A DNA stretch of 63,888 nucleotides, filler included, from Dirinaria sp. TL-2023a (Eukaryota): the NCBI GenBank assembly GCA_051941275.1. It is 4 parts of 4 records of this genome, joined end to end, with 100 filler letters (N's around TTAATTAATTAA, not from the genome) between each part and the next. Parts side by side here need not be neighbours in the genome. Positions count along the whole stretch, not along the records: positions 1 to 15,911 come from JAVEBF010000516.1; positions 16,012 to 31,909 come from JAVEBF010000517.1; 2 more parts are not named here. One strand, 5' to 3'. The translations under genes and the position numbers were made by a program. Shown in pieces: positions 13,766 through 26,544 of the stretch; positions within the stretch are counted from its first letter, which is position 1, and each line of letters opens with the position of its first letter. A model generated the notes under the pieces. That model saw only the letters and a program-made list of their open reading frames with translations. It searched no databases and had not been told where the DNA came from.

Positions 13766-15328
13766 ATGGCCAAACGCAAAGCTTCTGATGCCGACGCGGA
13801 ATATTTTCCCACCGTTGCCGAAAGACGAAAGACGAAAAGAATTAGAAGCGCCGCAGCCCCAGCTGCTGCAGCCGGACAAACGACGACGAAGAAACAAGGG
13901 CCGACCACAGGCCCCAGCAAGAAACGTGCGCGAGACGACGACGATCAAGACGAATCGCTTCGCCGGTCGAAGCGGATAAGGGGTCTGGCGCCGTCGCCGG
14001 CTCCTTCCTCTCCTCCTCCAAGACCACAGCGTCTTCGGCTTCGCGGGCCCGCTCTACCAGTGCGTCCAGTCCTCAGGATCGACACAGGAGTAGCTGAGAG
14101 ACATCGGAGTGGTATCCCGATAATACCTCCCGCCCAGACCGCAAAGAGCCAGGTGTCCTTGCTCTCTGAGCAGATGTCGATATCAGATGGCCCCTCGCCA
14201 AGGAGCGCGGAGCATCTGCCGCCTCAAATCAAGCGTGAAGAGAGCGAGGAGCGTTTCCCGTCTGCTTCGCCCGCCCCAGGTACCCTCTCTCCTTGGATTA
14301 AGCGAGAGGAGAGTGTCGAGTCTCGCGTGGAGAGTATCGAATCCGGCGAAGCTTCGCCCGTCAATTTGCCCCGGCTGGTAGCTCAACAGGAAAGAATTTT
14401 CCAGTGGTCCGTCGACGCAGGTGGTTCAACACACCACAGACGTCTGCAAATGGCCTACCTCCCGCTATCCGAGGAGAGGCCTGAAATACGCGGTAGATAT
14501 CACTTATTTACGCAAGACGAATGGAACCAAGTCCTTGAAAACAGACACGGTCGCCCGGAAGGCGCCGCCACAGACTCGTGGGACTCCGAACCCCGCTCAT
14601 CACGGGAAGACACCGAGTCGCGCGAGAACCGTGAACGTGAGGAATACACCATGGGCGAAATCGAACTGGAGGATGACATGTACGAGGAAGACCAAGAATA
14701 TCTGCGTCGCCGAATCGCCGACCTGGACGAGCGCGAGCTGGATCTGTTGCCCCACGGTTTCTACGAAGAGCCAGTCGACAGCGAGGCGGACGACCGCGCG
14801 CACAATACGCTCGCCAACATCGAAGAGCGCGAGGGACAGATCGTCGATTACGAGCTTCTGTTGGATGAGGATTACTTGGAGATCGAACACGGCTACAGGC
14901 CGCCACCCACCTCCGCCCGCCGCGAAGACCGCCAAGCCCTGCTCGCCGCGTTCGAACGCTCCCTGGACCTCCAGAACCGGGTCGCAGCGGGCGAACAAGG
15001 CACCATGCAGGGCAACCTCCGGAACATGCTCGACGGCGGCGACGATCTGCAGGACCGCATCCCCTGGCAGCGCCGGCACGATATCTTGTACGGCATCCGG
15101 CCCCGAGACAGGATCACGCCGGCTGAACGACGAATTATTGCCGAGAACCCGCTCGACTTCACCCTCAGCGAGATAGACATCGCGATCGAATCCCGCGAGC
15201 AGTTTTTGGGGCAGGGCGGAGATGAGAATGAGCTTACCGAGGCGGAATTGGAACTCGAGTCTTGGGTTTATGAGGAGTGGGACAGGGAGGACGTTGGGTC
15301 TATTGACTGGGATGCGCTGGAAGACTGA
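13766..15328 (+). CDS. Hypothetical 520-aa disordered, probably nuclear protein (basic N-terminus, acidic C-terminus)
   Basis: Long intronless ORF; NLS-like KRK/KKRAR/RRSKRIR; two IKREES motifs; GC-rich coding bias in the 3' half. Confidence 0.75.
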   Translation: MAKRKASDADAEYFPTVAERRKTKRIRSAAAPAAAAGQTTTKKQGPTTGPSKKRARDDDDQDESLRRSKRIRGLAPSPAPSSPPPRPQRLRLRGPALPVRPVLRIDTGVAERHRSGIPIIPPAQTAKSQVSLLSEQMSISDGPSPRSAEHLPPQIKREESEERFPSASPAPGTLSPWIKREESVESRVESIESGEASPVNLPRLVAQQERIFQWSVDAGGSTHHRRLQMAYLPLSEERPEIRGRYHLFTQDEWNQVLENRHGRPEGAATDSWDSEPRSSREDTESRENREREEYTMGEIELEDDMYEEDQEYLRRRIADLDERELDLLPHGFYEEPVDSEADDRAHNTLANIEEREGQIVDYELLLDEDYLEIEHGYRPPPTSARREDRQALLAAFERSLDLQNRVAAGEQGTMQGNLRNMLDGGDDLQDRIPWQRRHDILYGIRPRDRITPAERRIIAENPLDFTLSEIDIAIESREQFLGQGGDENELTEAELELESWVYEEWDREDVGSIDWDALED

Positions 15329-15330
15329 GT

Positions 15331-15613
15331 GCTTTGGCATTCTTTTGTTCTCCGGGTTTCATATTGGTTCCTCCTACATACAATACTCACCGTCTGCGCC
15401 TATCCACTACTACACCGCTTCTCGACCGTTTCTTACGCATTCGCCCTCGCTTCGAAGATGAAAGCTTGATCGCCTGAGAAGAAAACTGGAAGCTTTGGCA
15501 TTCTTTTGTTCTCCCGGCTTGATCGTGATCGTCTGACTCACCCATAATCCATCATCGACGGACTGTCCTGTACATACACCGCTTCTCTACCAATTTACGC
15601 ATTCGCCCTCGCT
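15331..15613. repeat. Degenerate ~160-bp tandem duplication downstream of the 520-aa ORF
   Basis: GCTTTGGCATTCTTTTGTTCTCC at 15331 and 15492; TACACCGCTTCTC at 15411 and 15575; TTACGCATTCGCCCTCGCT at 15433 and 15595. Confidence 0.85.
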
Positions 15614-15911
15614 CCAAACACGACAAGCCAATTACTAAAGAAGGCTCCCTTATTCTCCCTTCATCCCGGCCTCGTCAACATACATCCACCACATATCCTC
15701 TACACGAAACCACCATCTACATACAATACTCATCATCGTCGAAGAATCTCGAACGAACGAAGAAAGAAAAACACATTTTTCCTTTTTCCTTCAGTGGGAT
15801 ATCGGAGTATGCAAGCATGTATTCAGTCAGTAAGCATGTTGGGGGTTTAGGGATTAGTTACATATATGTTTTTTGCGTGTTATGCTTGCTTGGGACTTTG
15901 TTTGTTTGTTG

Positions 15912-16011
15912 NNNNNNNNNNNNNNNNNNNNNNNNNNNNNNNNNNNNNNNNNNNNTTAATTAATTAANNNNNNNNNNNNNNNNNNNNNNNNNNNNNNNNN
16001 NNNNNNNNNNN
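15912..16011. other. Artificial contig linker N44-TTAATTAATTAA-N44
   Basis: 100-nt spacer whose core has stops in all six frames. Confidence 0.98.
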
Positions 16012-16249
16012 AGGGTAGAGCTGCTTTTCGTGAAATACAAACTAAAAACAGTTTAGGGAGAGTACCCTTAATCTTGACAACCGAGTTGCTTTGGAATGCG
16101 TGTAGAAAGCGCAGTCAAATTATCCATGCTTGGTACCTTTTCAAAGAAAACAGAATGAGCGGAGTTTATCTAGGACCCATAGCCATTCGTACCGACAAAC
16201 ACAAAAGTGGGCCGTCTAAATGCACCATCATCCGTATGTTCCACATCAA

Positions 16250-17527
16250 TCACATCTTCGCGATCTCTTTCCCAAAGATGCTATTAACCAGCCAGGTCAG
16301 CACGATCACAACTCGATTCCTCCAGCTCCGTGTCCACATTACCGACCCACTCCTCCAAGCTAACCAAGCAGATCGTCCTGTCCACCCTTCCTTCTCGTCT
16401 TTCCCAGCGATTACGCCGTCGTGGGCACCGATGTAAGACACAAGCTGCTTTTGCTGGTATTTGAACGTTTCTGAAGGATTTTTGGAGCGATGATTGAAGT
16501 TCTCAACTAAGTATTTGGCTTTTTGGCACGCTACTTCCGCCGTTGTGGGCAGTGAAGCGCCCTCGATGTCAGCAGCATCACCGAGAGCAAAGACATTGTC
16601 GTATACTTCGTCGGTCTTAGAAGGCTTACGGACACGGAGATGGTCGTCTGTAAGGATTCTTATCAAGCCCCTTGCTGTCTTCTTTACTTCAAGGTCCTCT
16701 ACAAGCTTCACGGCCTTGTTTCCCGTCGCCCAAACCAACATACCATATGGGACCCTGCCTTTTTCCTTCGTGTAGAAGGCATCCTTTTCCACCCGCTCGA
16801 TATGGCTGTTCGTTTCCACATTAATGTTCCGTCTCACTAATTGGTCATTTGCATATTGGTACAGCTTCTGATCGTAAGCCGCCAAGATATTGGGAGCGAC
16901 ATCGTATATACTGATCTGAATGTACGGAGCTACCTCCGGATAGAGGTCCTTCAATTCGTTGTGCGCTAGATCATCCAGCTCAGCTGTCATCTCTACACCA
17001 GTAGGCCCGCCTCCCACGATGGCGATGTGCAAAAGCTCCTTCTTGCGCTCAGGCGTACAGTTCGGCAAAGAGGCTTTCTCGAGTAGGTCGAACAGTAATT
17101 TGCGGACGGCCATTGCATCACTTACATTCTTCATAAATAGCGCGAACTCTTGCACCCCTGGGGTGCCGAATGTATTTGGAACACAGCCTGGTGCCATAAT
17201 CAAGTAATCGTAGTTCACCTCGAACCTTTGTTGGGTTATTTCCTCGTCGTCATCGAAAGCTGGCGCGCAAGATATCTTCTGAAGGTTGAAATCAACAGCG
17301 TAGACGTTTGCCTTCAGAAATCTACACTTGCGCGATTTACTGCGGACCGGCTCCTCGGCTAGGTAGAAATTAAATAGTCCACATGCTGCAGAAGCAAGCA
17401 GAGGTGTGTAGGCAGAAGTGCGGCGTGGAGAGATAACGGTGAGATCGTACAGCGTCGTGGATATGTAGGAGGCAAGGTAGAAACCTGCCCAACCGGAGCC
17501 AATGACGACTATGCGTGGTTTAGACAT
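16250..17527 (-). CDS. Type II (alternative) NAD(P)H:quinone oxidoreductase, NDH-2 family
   Basis: ATG at 17527; two Rossmann motifs, VVIGSGWAG and IVGGGPTGVE; YTPLLAS; VFALGDAA; PTTAEVACQKAKYL. Intronless; ends EIAKM. Confidence 0.93.
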   Translation of the reverse strand: MSKPRIVVIGSGWAGFYLASYISTTLYDLTVISPRRTSAYTPLLASAACGLFNFYLAEEPVRSKSRKCRFLKANVYAVDFNLQKISCAPAFDDDEEITQQRFEVNYDYLIMAPGCVPNTFGTPGVQEFALFMKNVSDAMAVRKLLFDLLEKASLPNCTPERKKELLHIAIVGGGPTGVEMTAELDDLAHNELKDLYPEVAPYIQISIYDVAPNILAAYDQKLYQYANDQLVRRNINVETNSHIERVEKDAFYTKEKGRVPYGMLVWATGNKAVKLVEDLEVKKTARGLIRILTDDHLRVRKPSKTDEVYDNVFALGDAADIEGASLPTTAEVACQKAKYLVENFNHRSKNPSETFKYQQKQLVSYIGAHDGVIAGKDEKEGWTGRSAWLAWRSGSVMWTRSWRNRVVIVLTWLVNSIFGKEIAKM

Positions 17528-17663
17528 AGTTCGCAAAGAGGAAGATGAGCTGGAGAGGAAATGTCAATTATATGTGCAGACGTATGGGAGTCGTATGCAA
17601 CTGCAAAACCGATCAGAGGTGATAGGCCTCGCAGTCCGATCAAAATGTGGTCGGAAGGTTTGA

Positions 17664-17689
17664 AACTCAGTGTCGGAACTCAGTGTCGG
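17664..17689. repeat. Perfect 13-bp tandem repeat (AACTCAGTGTCGG x2) in the NDH-2 upstream region
   Basis: Copies at 17664-17676 and 17677-17689. Confidence 0.8.
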
Positions 17690-19194
17690 ATAGAAAAAGC
17701 CAACAAATACAGCAATAATCATTCACCAAGAGAGGCGCCCTCTTTTGGTGCAATGTGCAAGATATTTGCTGTCTGACACTCAGCATCTAATTGAAAAAGA
17801 TCGGATCCTGGAGAAGTAATTCATGAGGTAGGATAAGGTGATGATCTCGATTTGTGAATACTTTGTTTGAGTCTCAGCCTTCTTCGATTTTTAGCTCGCC
17901 ACTAGTGCTCAAGACCAATGTACCTTACTTTAGTCGGTGGCAAGATAGATGCTCGAGCCAATCAGTCGCCTCGAAAAAATCAAACGACGAAAGATCATTT
18001 GCTGTGTCGCTTGATATTCGGACTTTCGATGTTATTATTAATGCTTTCGTAATAGACCACTGTGCTATGACAGTGATGTAACATGATCTCAGTTGAAAGG
18101 AGATGCTTGGTCTGGGATAATATAGCTACAGGCAAATCAGACGCTCAAAGGTTGAAAGTAGCAGCTTTGCTGACTGAACAGATTCTTGCCATGTTTTTCT
18201 ACACGGATTTTTGTGTTTAATGCCTGTCCCCTTTTACTGGTTCAAAAGGCTAAAGCATCTCTCCTTTTGGCTCAAGTGATTTGATGAGACTCTTTTTGCG
18301 ACAAGAGCAGGGATCGAGCCGCGGGCTTTATTGAGGCTCATTTACGCGGAACCATCAAATAATCTAAGTTTCAGTTGGCGACCTTCTTGGGAAATCTTCC
18401 GTTCATTCTCATTTTTGTTTATGCCACATTTTTACTCACACGTTTTGTATTATTCAAGCAAACTTTATATCTTAAGGGTGGCCTTCTTTCAGCTTTACTG
18501 GTGCATCGCATAAGCACTTTCCTGTCAAATTCATGCAAAGACATTTGCAATCTAGAGCTCTGGTAAGCGGGCCGAATTTGAAGAGCTGGATTTCACAAAC
18601 GATACTTGAATTCTCCGGGCGAGTGTGTGAGATGATAAGGAGGCGATTCGCCTCATGGACTCGGCAAGAAGAAGCGCGCCGTGGGTAGTGCTTTTACCTG
18701 GTCAATAGTAAGTTAAGACGGTACTGTCTCTCCTCTATTTTTCCAGTCTATCCCGTGGTCTGGCAAGAATGGGAGCTCCTCCCCTCAGCGCATGCTGCCG
18801 TTCCCTCCCTTTTTGTTTCTAATTTCTCTTGACGTTTGTACTGGCTGGTGCTCTCAATGTTGTATAAGCTAAGGTAATTGCGATGACATTCTACTTTCCA
18901 TATGTATTTTGTCTTGCTTACGCGCGTGAAATTGGCATCCTGTCGAAGCATGAGGACCTTGTGCCTCGGTAGACCGCCTCTGATTGGAAGCGCATTCGCG
19001 CATTAAAGATCCTTATTATGCGCAAAGCGGCAGTGCACATCACCAGCTTTCCTTCATAGCCGCGATTAATTCTCACCCTCTTTGTTTATATTTGTCTGAG
19101 GATCTTCGTTCAGCTGGTCTATGCACCATTCTCACTGCAAATGTCTTTTTTCACTGATGCTCTCCGCGTAAGGTAGGTGGAGAAGAACAACGCC

Positions 19195-19737
19195 ATGCAA
19201 TTTTACACGTTTTGGGCAGCAGCGCTTGTTCTGAGCTGGGCTCACGCAGGCGCTGACCTTAGCCTACCGATCAACAAGACTTTCCCATTTATCCGCTCGA
19301 TGCAGAATCTATCTCAAGCCAACGATATCACATGCTGGACTGCCGACCTGTCACCCCTGCACACGAGTGTCGAAGGTTGCAGAAAGACACTAAATTTTCT
19401 ACGCACAATCCCAGGATACCGCCTCAAGCAACCGTTTGAGCTCGAAAAACGTCCCAAAGTCCCTTATCGTACCTCCACGGAACGTTTGCAGCTTACGCCT
19501 CCTTTTCGATTTCATTCCCGCCCAAGTGACTGTGCGCTACAAATCGACACTAGATTTGTTGATTTGGTTGACGACTTCTCTTTTGAGGATGTGAGACGAG
19601 TGGCGACTGACTTGCTGGAGGAATGCCAATCGGCTGGCGGCCATGGTGGCGTTGCACCTCTTGGACAAGACAGGGGATGGGAAGTGCAAGTTGTGGGATA
19701 CATACCGCCATCATCTGGCAATCGAACCATTCTCTAG
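19195..19737 (+). CDS. Small secreted 4-Cys protein (effector-like)
   Basis: ATG at 19195; signal peptide MQFYTFWAAALVLSWAHA; 180 aa; C-terminal DCALQID...SFEDVRRVATDLLEEC...GG...G...WEVQVVG pattern. Confidence 0.75.
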   Translation: MQFYTFWAAALVLSWAHAGADLSLPINKTFPFIRSMQNLSQANDITCWTADLSPLHTSVEGCRKTLNFLRTIPGYRLKQPFELEKRPKVPYRTSTERLQLTPPFRFHSRPSDCALQIDTRFVDLVDDFSFEDVRRVATDLLEECQSAGGHGGVAPLGQDRGWEVQVVGYIPPSSGNRTIL

Positions 19738-21162
19738 CCCTCTCCGATGGTGGCAACTCGAATTTTATGCCTGCAATAAGTTTTATCAATCAATCGATTG
19801 TACTGGAGAGCAATGTGCGCGGCTAAAGTCACGGAAAGACGTCAACTTGATAGTAATCGCCCCAGGCTCCAGCAGATTCTTCACAATGTTCGAAGCTATG
19901 TCAAGACTTACGCAAATTGTCTCTCCCTGCCTTTAAACCCCTCCTTTCTGGCATGACCATGTTCGTGAAGTCCCTTCTGCTTACTCTTGCGATCGAGAGG
20001 GTTTACTTCTTCGTCACAGTCTGACGGGAATGACTGGTCTAGGTAACACGATGCTGTGGAGATATAGGAGGACAAAGTCCGGCCTAGTGTGTCTGGTTTG
20101 GTGACGGAAAGATTTATAAAATGCGTCAAATTTTAAACAATGAAGGCAAGAGACCGCGCCGGCGTGCCTAGTATCAGTCAATGATGGTGATAGAGGGAGA
20201 AGATGGGCTCGTCATCTCACTACATCTTTCAAACATCCTGGATCAACTCTAGAACTTATCTTTCCCAAAAACTTTGTGATTTAAGCACTCTCACACATCC
20301 ACTTAATTGCAAGACATCCTAAGGAGATTGTAGCCAGAGTTTCCAGGCGACTAGGAACCCTCAACTAGCTTCTACCAGCTACCATGCCGCCATTCCTTTC
20401 TCTGACTTAATCAAACAGGTACGATGTTGGGGGTTAACACCATATCAAACACGTGCTATCGATATGCGACTCTCGTTCTCTGTTTTCTCATGTACCCAGG
20501 TAGCCCTCGACACCGAAGGCTTACCGCCGTACAAGAACCTATGCCCAGTGTTCAGCGCGGCCCGTGTCTCGTCATGTTTCGCTATTGACTGGGAAGAGAA
20601 CTTCAGAGGGGTTTCTGCTGGTAGTGTAGGACGGGTTTGGGATAACAGGTATCAGAAGCGATCTAGAGGTCGGTACAGCGGGCATACTTGAAAGGAACAG
20701 CGTCCTAGGAGTTAAGTTCAATAGCGGTAGCTTATTGGTAATGATAACATGGCAACAAGGATGGAGAAAGTAAGTTATGCTGATTAAAGTGGTAGCATAG
20801 GAAAGGGATTAAACAATTTTGAGATGATCTTAGCATAATGTTTGGATTTCGGCCTTTCTACTAGGCCTGTTGAACATAGTGAAGCCAGTCTCTTTCATCG
20901 TTGACTGATCAGGCAGCTTTTATTCACACATGCAGCGAGGAGTATTTTATCCTATGGTATGATACTATGTAAATACTGCAACTAAGTGAAGGCAGGAAGC
21001 ACAACATGCTTGGTGAAAGGAAATCTATTTGTGTGTGATTAAGGGGAGTATAGACCTAATAAGGCCAGCTCTTGAAATACAGTTCGACCGGCAACTCAGG
21101 TACAACATCAACAGCTTTCCGCATCAGCAACATCTGTGGTAGAGAATCTCCTTGGCGTCCTA

Positions 21163-22291
21163 CTAATGCCTATACCGCCTATCTTCACGATATCTAGGCT
21201 CCCTCCGGCTCGACAGAGTTGGAGCGTACTGTTCATCGTAGTCCCTATACCGCGGGCTATCGTAGCCGTCACTATCAAAAGTCTGTCGATAGTCTCGAGT
21301 ATGAGGGCTATTGTTACGTGAATGAGAGTACTGCTCGCCATGGTTCCTTCCTCGCTGCGGGCTATCGTCGCGCTCACTGGAGTATAGATTTTGTGGATAG
21401 TCTTGAGCATAAGCGCTACTACCACGTCGATATTGTGGGAATGGGAGCTGAGGACTGTCACGGTAGATGGTACGGGTTGTGAATGGCGTGCGTCGATCCG
21501 TGCTGTGTTCATTGTCGATATATCGATTTTTTGATCTACTTCGAAGTCGGCGTTTGCGCGTGCGTTTCTGGGGACGCAATGAGAGTTCGGAAGATGATCT
21601 GCTCCATGATCTCGTATCTCGCTTTGTAGCATGGTCGTAGGAATTTGACCTTTGGCGCTCATATTGCTGACTATGTCTGGGCCTACCCCGTCCGCTATAT
21701 GATTGGACAGTGACTCGCGACTGAGATTCAGGGTATCTAGGACCGACCAGCCGTTGCAGGATTTGGATGTAGATTATCGATCCATTCATGCACATGCGAA
21801 GGCGCTTGGTAAGCGTATGTTCCTTGAACTTCTAGATGATCCGCTGGAGACTGGTACTGGTCATTGGGATGCAAGGAAGCCGGGGGTTGGTACGCTCCTT
21901 GGAAACCTGGGCCGTTCATTTGGCTAGTATGTTGCAATTGTTGCGCAGGGGCGAGACCTAGAGATTCTCCGCTTCCCCGGTGAGGCGTTTGAGGCACAGG
22001 TGGTGCCCTTGAGCTATTGGACCTCTCTGAAAGCCTCTCTGAGAGCCTTTGTTCCTTATCCTTGCTTCGCCGTCTGGTATTGTCTGTGAAGGGAATGGCA
22101 ATTCTGGTTTTGCTCTTGGGGTTTGAAAGGTAGATTTTTGCAGGCTCAAGAGAAAAGGCTAGGACGCCAGGGGATGATTCTGAGACGGCGTCGTCTACAG
22201 CCTTTCGAGGGCTTTTTCTGACCCAGCTTCGCCTTTGACGATCGATTGAGACGTTGTCGCCGAATGGATTAACAGTTGATTGCCGGGACAT
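21163..22291 (-). CDS. Hypothetical low-complexity R/S/Y/D-rich protein; junction between two frames unresolved
   Basis: ORF 22291-21737 overlaps a second R/S/Y-rich frame ending at 21163; joining them needs a weak-donor intron or a frameshift near 21745-21695. Confidence 0.45.
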
Positions 22292-22658
22292 TTTACGGTT
22301 TGCTTGTATAGTTCGAAGGGTTCACACTTCTGAACTGTGTCGCAATTCGAGGATAGACCAGAACACTGAAAAAAATGGTAATGGACTGTGCTGCACCTCG
22401 AAAACAGCAGTGGATCAGAGAACTTAACGAAACTTATAGGAAACCCGAAGTACTAGATTAGAAACTCCGTCGAAACGATGAAGTTTACGAAACTTTGTCA
22501 ACTGGAAGGGCAAGAACTGATTGGTATCGGTGTGCAGTGCGTGGGGAAGAAAATGTATGTGAATTTGACAGACTGTAAGATCGTTCCCTCCTTGAAGACT
22601 TTTTGATTCCCCCGAACAGTGGTTCTGCGCCATGAACGCCAGACTCCTAAACTTCATA

Positions 22659-23950
<1,292 letters not shown>

Positions 23951-24103
23951 GGTCAGCTTAGCAGATCCATAGGTCCGACAGAGGGAGAGCTTTAGCATCG
24001 TATTGCTCACCAGCATCTTTTGATTTTGAATTTCGCATAGAGCGCATTTTGCTGTGCAAGACTACAAAACAGTTCAATTCTTTCAACCTGATGCCAAGAC
24101 TGC

Positions 24104-24111
24104 TGACTCAT
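24104..24111. promoter_or_regulatory. Gcn4/CpcA cross-pathway-control element TGACTCAT
   Basis: Canonical site ~155 bp upstream of the DAHP synthase ATG, within the promoter shared with CYT1. Confidence 0.6.
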
Positions 24112-24275
24112 CTGAGCATAAGCCCACGAATCAAATGTATTCAATTCTCAGCCAACTAAAGACTTTAGATCATTTTACAGACTCACACAGGCCAGAAGCA
24201 GCTATTTGACCGAATCGTCTTCCTCTGAATTCAACCCCCCGCTTTTCCTTTGTCTCCTGCTGAGACTTTGCTATA

Positions 24276-25538
24276 ATGCTGGCACGCTCGGCTCTGCGCT
24301 CTACGCGCTTGGCCGGCAATGCCAAAATTCCCTTGAGACGAACGACAATAGTACGTAAAGCTTTGAGCTGTCAACCCTTGCAACATACAGCTAAAACTTG
24401 CTCCAATCCAGCGCACGAAAGCTTCCTCGTCCTCTACTATTGATCCAAAAGCTACGGCAACCCCTACTGCTCTCAATGCCGCTGGAATTGGTGCGACCGT
24501 AGTGGCTGTTGGGTCGGTCGCTTGGTACTATCATCTCTTCGGTCCGGAGCTACACGCCATGACACCAGCAGAAGAAGGGTTCGTCAACTCGCTTTATCGT
24601 CTACGGTCTAACCTTGGATGCTGACATTGGGAAGGCTGCACGCGACCAAGTATCCATGGGAACACGAACGCTGGGTCAAAACCTTCGACCACCAATCGTA
24701 CGCCTCTCTACAAATCTCCCTTCACACCCCACTCCTACGACTAGGCCCTAACGCTCCATTCCAGTCTCCGTCGTGGCTTCCAAGTCTACCGTGAAGTCTG
24801 TTCCTCGTGCCACTCGCTTGCTCGTATTCCCTGGCGCGCTCTCGTCGGCTCCACGCACACAGTCGACGAAATGAAAGCCATGGCCGAAGAAAACGAATAT
24901 GACACCGAGCCCAACGACGAGGGAGAAATTGAAAAACGTCCCGGCAAGCTCAGCGATTACATTCCCAAACCCTATAAGAACGACGAGGCAGCTCGCGCAG
25001 CCAATAACGGTGCTCTCCCCCCGGACCTGAGCTTGATGGTGAAAGCGAGGCACGGTGGCTGCAATTACATTTTTAGCCTGTTAACCGGGTATCCTGAGGA
25101 GCCGCCGCCCGGGGCAACTGTACAATCTGGATTGAATTTTAACCCGTATTTCCCCGGCACCGGTTAGTTTCTTCCCTCTTACTTCTGGCCGTGACAAATT
25201 ACAACGTAAGCTCATTTTAACAACCCACAGGCATAGCAATGGCCCGGGTTCTCTATGACGGCCTCGTTGAATACGAAGACGGCACACCGGCCACGACCTC
25301 GCAAATGGCCAAAGACGTAGTCGAGTTCCTCAACTTTGCCGCTGAGCCTGAAATGGACCAGCGGAAGAAAATGGGCGTGGCAGTCATTACGATCACATCG
25401 GTACTGCTAGCGTTGAGTATCTGGGTCAAGCGGTATAAATGGAGTCCCATTAAGACGAGAAAGCTGGTGTATAACCCCCCTGTGGGGAAGGACACTTTAA
25501 GCAGTAGAGGGTATAACAGTCCGGCTGGAAGGACGTAA
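24276..25538 (+). CDS. CYT1: Cytochrome c1, mitochondrial
   Basis: Presequence [11 protein letters not shown]; introns 24351-24411, 24579-24634, 24698-24764, 25163-25230; heme motif [26 protein letters not shown]-terminal TM. Confidence 0.97.
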
Positions 25539-26544
25539 ATGAAGCTCCAGGAGCCCATGGTGGGTTGGAAGGAGGGCGGCTGCGGGAGCAATGATTTAGA
25601 GATATCTTAAGGGAGCAGTGACTCGGCCTGGTAGATGCGGTAGAGTAGTGATTCCTGTACAGAAAGCTTAAAGTATATTTAGCGTTATTAAGAACAATCT
25701 ACAAGTCATCAACAAAAAATTCTCAGCCTTTTTACTACTACCATACAGGCCACTGTTCCTATAGATGTAGCCTGCGCTCTATTCAACTTACAAGCAGCCA
25801 ACTACTTCATTCGGCTATTACAGATAAAAGGTGCCAAGCGGTGTGCGATATGCTTCTCCTCGTTCCCCACGATTCCTTTCATATAGTACATCAGGCCGGA
25901 ACAGTATCGCTAGTGGATCCATAACGGTGTAGGCAGCCGCATCTACTATCGAAACCAAGTCCGCACTGAGATTCAAGCTTGAGTGCAAATGAGGTGGCTG
26001 AAATATCTAGTAAAGATTGGAGAAGGCTCTCTGCTTACCCTCTCTTCTTAGAATCTTTGGGATATTGAGCAATGTACATTCTTGATTCGCAAGCCGAAGA
26101 GTGATAGAGTATAGCGAACCCCAACCACTATGTCTTGGTATTTATCATGAGCCTGCAGGCCGGTGAAGTTCATTGGCCTTTTGAGATGCAGCACCGGGCT
26201 ATCTCAGCTGGCAGGAACTTTTTGCTCCCAAGCTTTGCATAACGACGTTGGCACTGACTAGGCTGCTTCTAGCTTGTGAATTGTGATAACAGGCTCCCGC
26301 TCAGGCCACAAGCAATAGACTGGGGTTTGCTTAGGTGGCAAGTCGCTCTTCGATTTCCACTATTATTCGTTGAAGCTTGAAATTGACGGCTTGCCAGGTG
26401 CTTTGTGATAATTGGCTCAGAAACGAAACATCGAGCACATCTCATCCATTCTCTAGGCAAGTATGACCGGAGTCTTCATATGTTATGCCCCAGGGCAGGT
26501 GAGTGGCTGAAAGTCGAAGACTGATCTAGAGAGCATTTTCTGAC

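Noticed and set aside
14421..15340. Long overlapping and antisense ORFs (also 48513-49163 and 62537-63194)
   Set aside because: These are shadows of GC-rich coding sequence, with no independent motifs.
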